From Auanema rhodensis (Eukaryota > Animalia > Nematoda), in NCBI GenBank assembly GCA_964057225.1, contig OZ059896.1:11346001-11410000 (forward strand): a stretch of 64,000 bases of DNA, in the 5' to 3' direction. Each line of letters begins with the position of its first letter. Positions within the stretch are counted from its first letter, which is position 1. Made by a program: the position numbers and the translations under genes. Below are positions 40,779 to 64,000 of this stretch, one piece after another. Below the pieces are notes generated by a model. That model saw only the letters and a program-made list of their open reading frames with translations, ran no database searches and was not told the origin of the DNA.

Positions 40779-42456
40779 TGAAGGATTAGGCTTCATCCCT
40801 AAATTGGCTTGACCAGATGGGAAACGAGCCATATCCCGAAACCCAAAACTTCACCTCAAAATTACCTAACCTAGTTTAGCATATGTTCAAATTTTAAACA
40901 TTGTTATGCATGTCTTATATTCAGACATCTCATATGTATCTTCATATGCATTATAAGATTTCCACTTTTTTCTTATTTTTTTCTGTCATATTTATTTTTG
41001 AGATGATTTATGTGATAGAATAACAGAGCTGAGAATTTGCAATAAAGAAAGAAGATAACAGATGAGTTTGCCTACTTATAGCTTCCTCATTTATCCCATT
41101 TCCCTCATTATTTTTCGATGTTTAGCTACTTTATTATGAGGGTGCAAATCATATTTAATTATAAAATAATTTATCTAATTTTTATTTCATTATAAACTAT
41201 TGAATTTGAAAGTTGCAACAAAGATTTAAAAATAATTTTAATAACATATTATCTTTTTTTTGTTGCGTATAATAAACTAATTGAAGTTTATGATTGAAGA
41301 TTCGCTCCAAGATATTCTTCTTTTAAATGAGTTTCAGCCAGAAATTATGCTTTTTTTAGCGTACTAGTTCATTCAGCTGTGATTATCTTTCAAACAAAAG
41401 AAGTAGAAAGAAAGCTTCATATACTGCTACTAGTTCATCTTCTAGATTTCTCCCATCTATACTTGCGAGTAATGAACTTTTCATTTTCAACGTAGTTTGA
41501 TGATTGTTTATTATATTTGACGTAAACTAAAGTATGATTATCAAATCATTTTTGCTTCCGGAAATCTTCTCTATGAGCATCAAATCGAAATCTTCTTCAG
41601 AAGCTCTCAGAACGACTTAAATATGAGAGTTGACTCCTATGTATTTCCTCTGTTCTAGATTTTTATATTATATACGATGTTTTACATGCTAGTCCTATTT
41701 GAAAATGACCAAATATTATATATATAATATATAAAAACTACATTTTTTTCAGTAAATATATTTATATATGCATAACTTTTATTATTTTTTGCTTACATCA
41801 ATGATAAAAGATAAATGAGAATTGTGTTTTAAGCGACAAAATTCGTCTACGGCGGAGAGAAAAAGATATGTCGGCGCCCACGAGGCTTCTCGGTAGGTCA
41901 TAACGTTTAAATAATTATTTTAAAATCATATTTTTTGTTTTTGTTTTAATTAATTATTCTCAGTTGTTTATAATTATTTTTCTCATTTTCTTGGATTGAG
42001 AAAAATCTACAATAGCAATAGAAAAATCCACTCTTCTTACTGAAATTGACAAAATATTATTATTTTTTTATTTTTCTTACATATATTTTTTTTATTCAGA
42101 CAATCTGTATCACATTTATTGTGACACAGTTTGTGTTAGTATTCTTCAACTTTGTTATTAGCAGAATTTATTTTGTTTTGTTAAAATACGGCATTGATGT
42201 TGCTATAATTGTTTCATCTGGAATGAAAAGAGCAATAAAGCTTCTGAAAGGTTTTATTTCCAAATGAAAAAAGCTGAGGTTTTAATGTAAAAACGTTTCA
42301 TTTAGTTTCTTAAGTATGTTTACTTTGTAGAAAAGCTTCCACCGAGCTATTCCAAAAAGAGTCTCCTTCACCTCTTATCCTTTTCTTTTTTTTCGACACA
42401 TACATATGTATATCATATATTTTGCATAAACCTTTTCTTATTTCGCGTGTCCCTGA

Positions 42457-55191
<12,735 letters not shown>

Positions 55192-55409
55192 TAAAAAATG
55201 TTTATATTGTTGTATTTAATCAGTAGTCGAAGTTTCGTATTGTTTGATTAGTACCGTTTTCAAAAAAAATTGAATAAAAATATGAGTCAAGAAAAGTAGA
55301 AATGAGATAATATTTAGTTTCTACTTATAAAATCAGCTGTTTCGATAATTAAACTCTTCATTAAAATATTACAGAAGTTGTAAATAATGAAATTTCATTT
55401 TACTGAAAA

Positions 55410-55747
55410 TTATTCAACAATTTGATGACATTGATCTAAAATATCTGTCATCTGAGACAACTGTTCTTGAAGACGGTCAATTTCTTCACGTAGCAACAAT
55501 CTCTTTATAATTGAGCATTCTTCATCTGAAAGTAGTAAATGAAAAGAAGATATCTTTGATGTACTTCTCAATATAAACCTGATTGTAAAAATATGGATTT
55601 CCATAGGCTCTCTGTTCTTAGGCTCCTTTTTCCTGCTGAAGGACGATTCGGCGATAATCGACCGATGGCAAAGTTCGCACAAGAATAATTTACCAAGATT
55701 GAAGATAAGAAAAGAAGACAAAACAACTTTGATAGCCAAGATGACAT
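55410..55747 (-). CDS. Neuropeptide precursor, RPamide family (NLP-46-like), 2 exons
   Basis: Signal MSSWLSKLFCLLFLSSILVNYSCA, peptide NFAIGRLSPNRPSA-G-KR, then SLRTESLWKSIFLQS|DEECSIIKRLLLREEIDRLQEQLSQMTDILDQCHQIVE*; intron 55578-55526. Confidence 0.85.
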
Positions 55748-56384
55748 GATATTCAAGCTACCTTGGAGAAGAAATAAGCTTTCAAAACTCTCAGCGCAGA
55801 AAAGCTATAGTAAGAGGAAATAAATTCAAATGAAAGAAAGTTACAATTATATATGTAAAAGAAACGAGATTAGAGGAATTATATAGTATTGGTAAAGTCT
55901 GTTGAGCAGGTGGATTATGAAAGTTATTTAACCTATATTACTTCACCTGGCTTTTGCGTAGTATTTTTTGCACCTGTCCAGGCTCTGTAGTATTTTGCTT
56001 CCATAACTTCTTAACATGACGAGATATCATGAAATTGTGAAGTGTATATTATTTAAATACCAACTAAATAAAATAAATTCTGAATCATAAATGGCTTAAT
56101 TAAGTGATCTGCGTAAAAAATATAACGACACATTCATGAAATATGGTATACACATCGCGGCCTAAACGTTATTAGCTGATGAAACAACTCTTACTTCTAC
56201 CATATCTTGTTTTTTCAAAATTACATTCTATGAACAAACAACGAAAACCGTGTGCAAATCAACCTGTTAAGAACAATCTCAAGCCATATTTATTGGATAT
56301 TTAAAAACATTTTTTCGCAGATATCGAAGACAGCATGATACATAACCGAGATAACAGCTAAATAAAGCAACGTATGATACAGAT

Positions 56385-58498
56385 TCAGAGATCAATTCCA
56401 CTGTCATCCACTTTTTTTTGCTCGGGATAATATACATGAAATCCAAATGATGAAGTTGAAAAAGAACCCGGATTCGCAACAATAGAACCTTAACAGGGAA
56501 TTAGAATTACTTCAAGTCAACAACAAACCAGCCAATTCTTCTGTGAAAGAAAGATATTTATCAGCAACTATCAACAGATCAGGTAACGGATGAAGAGAAA
56601 GAACAGATCCCCAATCCCATAATATAGGGGCTACATGAGAAGGTAGTGGCGACAAATTGGCCTAATTGTCATAAATTTTGAACAATTTCCGTATAAAAAC
56701 TACCTGGCTCAAAATTGTTCGAGAAAACCAATTTGAAATTTCGGCTTGAGGAACATCGTTCACTGTATGACTAAAAAATTTGAAGCGTAACGTTTTAAGC
56801 TTTGCAACTAACCGACAAAATTTCTCAATTAAATCATTGCGCAGTACAACAATTTCTCTGCTAGCGTATTGTATTCTGGTAGGGTTAGTAGCAAACGATA
56901 CATTTGGAATGTTTTCTAGAAGTTTGTAAAGCGGAGAGGGTAAGTGAGGACGTGGCAAACACTGTAACAAATTGAGACAATAACTCTAAAGTAACAGTAA
57001 TAGAATATTACGAAATTCATATAAGGATCATCAGGACCCGGAATGAAAACAAAATGAGTTTCAGCAAAAGCCTTACGAAATGTTTCTTCGTTAAGCTGAT
57101 TCGCTAATCTAAACAAAAATCCTCTTGGCACTTATTATAGAACAACAAACCGCCTAAATCCCATTTCTAGTAAACTCATGGTGTCGGGTTGCCGGGGCCT
57201 TGAACAAAAGTTTCCACAAATTATGAACCCTACGGGAGGGCATACAGAGAATCCAGACCACATGTGAAAGAGTGCTTGCATTACCTGAAAACCAAATATA
57301 TTTATTTCGAAATTAAGGCTAAAACCTTAGGCTGATCCAAATGTACGTCAGATAAAATAACAATAGCTGCATCAGGATTTCTCATTCCAGCTGCAATCAG
57401 TTTTTTGTTGCTGCGAAAAGAAATCTGAAAGAAAAGATTAGAAAAAATCATAAAGTTTTAGACAGTTACAGTATCTTCGCCCCCAAACCAATTTTCGTTT
57501 CCAAAGTACTCCCTTGTTTCCTCAACCGACTCTAAAGGTACAAGAGCAGATACTGCTACAGAGAAAATATTCGACTCTGAAGTACCCTTCAAAATATATC
57601 AATTAATCTCCTCGAAGAGATAATTTTAAGTACTTCAAACATATATATTCCACCTTCGATGAAAAGACCAGGCCTGTATTCAGAATTCATGAAATTCGCT
57701 TGAATAGAGCCAGTCAAATCTTCGATGTGATAGCAGTCCGCCTGAACATGTATGCATATAGATATATATATATAAAATGACGAATAACTTTTTGCTGAGT
57801 AATCATTCCTAATATAACAACATTCTCTGTTTTTCTTGAAGATCCTAATAGGGAATCAATTGAAGATAAGTTTATTTGTTGTAACTTTTTGCATCTTTGT
57901 GCTCGCTACAAAATATACATATACATACTTCTGATCGTTTTTTACTGTATACCTGTAGCACCAAATTGAATCTATTTTTTAGAGCCCTTGTCATACCATT
58001 AACATCTGATAGTATTTTAGGAGCAGTATCGGATTTGATCATCTTTGAGCATTCTGTGTCAAAGTTAAACTGATCGACTGAAAAGGCATCAAACACATTA
58101 AACAAAGATTCGCTGAAAATCAAAAATACTATAACATAAATTAATGAGGATAGTTACATCTTATTTTGTCCATTGTTAGAGATTTGGGTAAATATATCAC
58201 GAAAGATTTCCTTGGTTAAAACTGGAGAAGTCACTTAAATTAAATAATCATAATAGTCAATAAACCATCGGTTACGTACATGACTGTTTACGAAGAGTAG
58301 TTATAATTCTATCCATCCATTTCATGCGTTTTGCTTTGTCGAAATGCTGCATGACTCCAACGCAAAAGTCAATGGCATCTCTTAAATAGTATCAAACATT
58401 GAAATTATAAAATAAACATACTTTCTAGGAGTATAAGCATTTATTCGAAAAGCGGATCCTATTTCTTTCCGAATTTTTTCTCGCTCGATATCATCCAT
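56385..58498 (-). CDS. pole-2: DNA polymerase epsilon subunit 2 (DPB2/POLE2)
   Basis: VILGMITQ, YHIEDLTGSI, ENWFGG, IVILSDVHLDQ, FVFIPGPDDP, LPRPHLP, FATNPTRIQY, SLHPLPDLLIVAD, ANPGSF. Confidence 0.97.
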
Positions 58499-58652
58499 CT
58501 TGAAAAAACTATTACCTTTTATCAAGAGCTTTAGGTAATTTCAGAAACAACTGGGATAATTTGTATAAACAAATATTAACACAATAATATTTATTACACA
58601 TGTGTAAGCCAAACGAATAATTAATCAAGAGATTCTTTGATTTGTAATAGAT

Positions 58653-59174
58653 TTAGTACCGTGGCGGTTGACGGAATGGAACAGCAGGGGCACGAACTCC
58701 TAGAGAAGCTGCTGATCCTGGAGCAGTAGTAGCTGCACCGGTTCCTGCGGGTGCTGCGGCAGCACCGACACCCATGGATGGCATTCCAAAAGGAACCTAA
58801 ATAGTGAACATAATTACAGTGAAGAAAATGAAATCCTACCGGAGCACCCGGAAATGCGGGGAAAGGCATAGCTGAACGCTGAACAGCAGGAATAATAGGC
58901 CGTCCTAAAGTGCCCATAACCAGTGAATTCATTGGACGACCTCTAGCAGCGTTTTGCGCGAAAGCTCTTGCTGTTTCATCAACTAGCTTCTGCGCCTGCT
59001 CCTCCATCCATTTCTATAGATACATAATGATTTTCATTAAAAACAGTATACAAGTACCTGATAATACATTCTAACATTTTCTTTGTGTTTTCTGCCTCCA
59101 TTGTGCGTTTTACGAACAGAAGGAGAATCATGAGTTAGAAAAGTGTCACAATAATCACAATAATACTTCGGCAT
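58653..59174 (-). CDS. SNRPC: U1 snRNP protein C (U1-C)
   Basis: [39 protein letters not shown]|[12 protein letters not shown], followed by a Pro/Ala/Gly-rich tail. Confidence 0.98.
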
Positions 59175-59342
59175 CTAAAAAAATTTTTTTGCAATATAAC
59201 ATAAAAAACGGAAAAAAAGTAGAATATTTTGAAAAACAATTAAGTTTTAACATAAATGAAAAAGAAATAGAATATATTTAAGCAAATTCACAAACATACA
59301 AAACCCGTAAAAATACATAAGAAAAATAGAATAGAAGTTTTC

Positions 59343-62300
59343 TCAAATTTGAGTTAACCAGTGTGGTACTGACAAATTGTTCTTTATTAAGAACTTTTGA
59401 AGTGAAATATTATCGGACCGGAATATTGAACTCAATTTTGTTCTTAAGCTATCGCTCACGGGTTCGTAAGCACGTCCTTTGCTTCCACCAAGACATTTCG
59501 TTTGGCCATTCAAAATCTTTAAAACAACGTTTTACACTAGTGAGAAAAGTTAAACTTAAAAACTTACTCTACAAAAGAACTTTTTAGAGGGACTGAAACG
59601 AATAACGGTAGTATAATCAAACTTTGGTAAGCCTAGTTTTAATGAAAGATCTCCTACCACCTAAAAACAAATACATAAATTCTACTTGCATGTGAGCAAT
59701 ACTTTCGACGGATTTTCTTTTAACTCCTCTCCATCAATAAATAGAATTTGTGAAAGAGGAAAATACTCCAACCAACGTTCTAGATGATGAGTATACCTAC
59801 AACTACTGCTTTAGGTTATAAAAACTATAGTCGAAACCTGCCACCCGAAATACATCTTTGTCTGATTTTTCTCAATTCAACTGTTTTACCATCTAATATT
59901 GTTTCAAAATTGCCAGCATCTAATGTTGTGGAGTCGTTATGAGCCAACATATGCTGAAATAAATGAAAATATTACACATATTATATATATATTATATATT
60001 ATATATATATATATATATACCTGATACCATGAATAAGCTCTTACACTAGGATTATAAAGAAGTACAACAATTTTTGCGTCTGGTAACAAAGCAGCCACCT
60101 TAAAAATATATGAAAGTTACTTCAAAATATCAAAGTATAATAAGACTTGTCTGGGAACATCAGGATTATCAAAATAGGTTGCGCTTTTTTCAAATATGAT
60201 CTGAGCGGGATGAAACCATTGCATATACCTATAAAATTAACAAGTATCATATTTTCTTAAGTGAATAACCAATTAAGTCCATTAGTATAATGAGTTCCGC
60301 CAAAAAATTGTATCTCTTCGAAGGATTCAGGTATTATAGGATTAGTGGAAACATTAGGATGTAATGATAAAAAAGATGCCAACGCAGTCGATCCTATATA
60401 GTAAGTCATAATATCATTCTAAATCAGGATGTAGAGAATTACCTGTTTTCTGTGGTCCCACAATCAGAACGTTAGGCAAAGTTATACTATTGCATTTGAT
60501 GGAAGGAGGTGTGATCATTCGATGTCTTGGATCGGAGCAAGGATTCTATAGTCTTTCTATTATTTACATCTTTTCACAGAAATCATACACTCCAAATTGG
60601 ATTTTTTTCCTGTGGGTGAAATTGAAAATAAGTTGTTGCGGATGATACAGGATCCTGCCATTTAAAACTCAGGTTTGTCCAGCATTTTAAAAAACGGATA
60701 ACGTTCTCAAAAGTATATACAGCAAGTCTGTCATGGGCGAAATTTTGTTGATGTGTCATAAATATTGAAATCTGAATATAAGATTTCTTAATTTTGGCAC
60801 GGTCTTTCACAAATACATCATTTAACAAAATTGTTGTGAACAGCTCACCACCTTCAATTGAATTTATCAATTTCTGTAAGCCATCTGGATAACTATGAAA
60901 AAACTGAGTATGAGTATATAATCCACAGGTTTGTCTTGGTAAAACCTGAAAATTGTCCTATTTTTTGTCATGGATTAAATAATCATACTGAAATATTATT
61001 GAAGATAAATCCCCTTCGATTGGATGCAGGTTTAAAATGCGGATATTCTTCAGTGGCAGTAACACTTATATTCCAGACCTAAACAAAATTCAACATGTAT
61101 TAGAAAAACAAGCACGGTTATACGTGTTTCCATGAATCAAATAGTTCCTCATGCACGGGAAAGACACCATCGTGCTGAGGAGCAATAGCATAAGGATAAC
61201 GGACAGGTATACCCATTGTCTATGAAAATTATTAACGCAATTGTGAAATTAAATATACCTCAGAAAACTTTTTATTTAAGATCATAGTAGCGGTTAAGGA
61301 TGACCCATTGTACTCATGAGCATGATTATGTCTCCACATATGTGGGAACCAGACAAATGTTTTCGCTTCTTCTAAAAAAAAAGATAAACACAAGCAAATG
61401 AAATATAGAATAACTCAGAAGTAATTCATCTGCTTCATCCTCATATGAATCGCCGTTTTTAAAATAGCTACCAGAAAAACCTAGAGTGTAAGTGAAATTT
61501 TCAATAGTTTTTCTCATCTCTTTCTGGCTTTCTATAAGGTTTCTGCAAACAAAAAATATACTAACATAATTTTAGTCTTACTAAAACCTAACGTCATCCT
61601 CAACCATTCTCGTTCCACGAGCCCCAACAAAGACATCATCGATATCTACCTGGAAAAATTAATATTTTGTATATTATGAGAACAATCGTTTACCTGTATG
61701 AATCGTATGAGATTCCAACTCTTATCAAAAGAAGCATAATGCCACAAAACGTCATGAAAGGTTGTCTAAATAACTATTAGCTTTTTCATCATCATTACCA
61801 TACCTTGATTAGCCAATCAGTTAAATTATAGCCAAATATTATACGTTGAATACCATCTTTTAATCCTTTATTCCATACAACAGCACCCAGAGTTCTATTT
61901 CTAGAATCCACAGCTGATACAACCTGAAACAACTGAATAAAGCAGCATTCTACACACACTTACCAATTCTATATTTTCATTTTTCTCGAAAAGAACCCAA
62001 CTAGATGAATCTTCATAGCGCTTGGCTCCAATTCGTAAGACCTTATGAATTTTTGAGTTTTCGACGGTAAGTGCTGATATCTGAAAGATAGCATACAGAT
62101 TCTTAATAATACACTATTACCTTTTGATTTTGCCATAAATACAATGAATCTCCTTTTATCCTGGCTCGTTGAAAAGTGTCATTAACTCGAGAACTAACAA
62201 ATGAGACAATAGGAACCTTGAAAAAGTATATTGTATAGATTCACAGACCCAATCGTACATGATACTCGGAACAATACTTATCTAATATTTGTCTGCTCCA

Positions 62301-62711
62301 TTTACCCATATTTAGGTATTTGTAGTAGTTTTCAATAATTATTATAGAATAACTTCCCCTTGACATGCTTGCAAGTGTTGGAATATTATTAGAAAATACT
62401 CCAATTTTATAATCTAGCCGCTTAGCACTTAGAAGCTGTGCAATTAGCTTTCCATTGCGAGAGGAAGAACTCTCAAGCAATAACAATGCACGGTTTTCGG
62501 TCAAATTATTAACCACAGGAGGGTTGAGCAAGTAAGTATTTCTTGTTACAAAAGGACAAACATAGGGTGGGATTTCATTAGGTGGACCCCTTTTAGTAGA
62601 AATATCAGAATATACATTTAAAAAGGTACATGAAATAAAAAAAAGTATAAATAAAATTATAAAAAATGATTTGAAGAGCTTGACATAGCGTCGATTAAGA
62701 TAAGGGAGCAT
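59343..62711 (-). CDS. hst-1: Heparan sulfate N-deacetylase/N-sulfotransferase (NDST)
   Basis: Type II TM N-terminus; IQ|[58 protein letters not shown]|GSTAL (PAPS site), [26 protein letters not shown]. Confidence 0.97.
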
Positions 62712-63643
62712 GGAGTTTTGATAGAGCAAGTCATTCAAAACTCTATAACCGAACAATCAGTGCATTTTATTCTGAAATCACAGAAGTAATATAAATAAAT
62801 ATATATATCAATATATATATATATATATATATATAGCAAATTTAAAAAAGAGGTGTATCTAAAAGAAACGCTATAAACGAGATATTTTTGTGACCACGGC
62901 CAAGTCAAAGACGCTATAAATAGGTTTGCCGTTGACATAAAAATCGGAGTTGTCAATTTAGTTACAATTGTCCCAATGCGAGCGTCGTTGAGTAACCGTT
63001 ATTCCTAACATTCATACAAATGCGAATTCTCTCAGTGCATAAAATACAAACCCAACAGTAAACAACTAAATGCAAATCAACATTGAATCCACTAATTTTT
63101 GATTTCTATAAACTATAAAAGTTATCAGCATTAAAACGAATGGAGCTACAAGCAACGGTTTTATTTTACTTACTATTAAACAATGTATGTATGAACTGTA
63201 GTACGAGTAAGCATAATAATGTATCAGTTATTAAAAATTCTCTCAAGATATTTTGTTTGTAATCCAATATTTATTCGTTTCATGTTGCAATTATGATTAC
63301 GATATCTTATATTTAAATTGAATATTAGCTGAAAGGAAAGAAAATATGTCACCGAAAATATAGATGAAATGAATTGGGAGGTAGAACCTTTATTGATATA
63401 TTATTCCTATTGTATTATATTTGGTACTCCTTTTTAATATCAAGAAAACATCGCATAATTAAGAATATTTTGAATCAATGAAATATCCTCGCGGTTTCTA
63501 AATAATTAGATGCACAAGGAAATCATGAGAAAGAAATATATCGAATTAGCATAAGAAAAAGGTAAGGAAGTTATAAGCAAACGACAATAGCTTGATTATC
63601 CATATTTATTGAACATATGGAAAACAATGATTGGAATGACTGT

Positions 63644-63925
63644 TTATCCAAAAGCAGGACCAATGCTATAATGGAGCACAATATTTGTTTCAGTACCATC
63701 TACACCGAAACAGTTGAACAATGTTTCAAAAGTATGGTCAGGAGATGGTGCGAAATTTTGTGATATATAAAAGAAAAGTGTCTGATCATCAGGTAGGCTA
63801 ATCATCTTACGAATAACAGTTGAAAACCATGCCATAGTTTGCGTTTTTCCAACATTAAACTTTTTTGTTTTTAAAATAGGAGCATCGCCAACTACTAATA
63901 ATAAGACAGAAATTTTATCCGACAT
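63644..63925 (-). CDS. lgg-3: Autophagy ubiquitin-like protein ATG12
   Basis: KISVLLLVVGDAPILKTKKF...LFFYISQNFAPSPD...LFNCFG...LHYSIGPAFG* with terminal Gly; single coding exon. Confidence 0.93.
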   Translation of the reverse strand: MSDKISVLLLVVGDAPILKTKKFNVGKTQTMAWFSTVIRKMISLPDDQTLFFYISQNFAPSPDHTFETLFNCFGVDGTETNIVLHYSIGPAFG

Positions 63926-64000
63926 ATTATAATTATCTATAATAAACATTGTTACATCCGAGCAATATTATGTAAATACCTTTATTTAATTAAAAAGGGC

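Overview
AT-rich, intron-dense eukaryotic DNA from a rhabditid-type nematode; species not determinable from sequence alone. Most introns are 39-60 nt, so the ORF track shows only exon fragments; the gene models here were spliced by hand. In order: 3' part of a DEG/ENaC channel, two closely spaced minus-strand orphan genes, two tandem small secreted Cys-rich paralogues, a ~10 kb non-coding stretch (microsatellites, a diverged direct repeat, a MITE), a BED-finger/hAT-derived gene (bed-3-like), a bestrophin, a claudin-like gene, a 3xTIL-domain secreted protein, three tandem secreted Cys-rich paralogues, two small orphan genes, the NALCN channel gene (nca-1/unc-77-like, EEKE filter), an RPamide/NLP-46-like neuropeptide precursor, a probable operon hst-1 > U1-C > pole-2, and ATG12/lgg-3. 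Most notable: (1) an RPamide-family peptide that ends in RPSA-amide instead of RP-amide; (2) a frame-preserving NALCN cassette exon flanked by a (U)GCAUG/CUAAC cluster, plus alternative first exons and a GC-AG intron; (3) relaxed splice-site usage across the window, with many AAG acceptors and one GAG; (4) a micro-exon gene encoding a putatively myristoylated protein, with a possible -SKL isoform; (5) two related TA-flanked MITEs. I found no single unambiguous novel multi-gene system.
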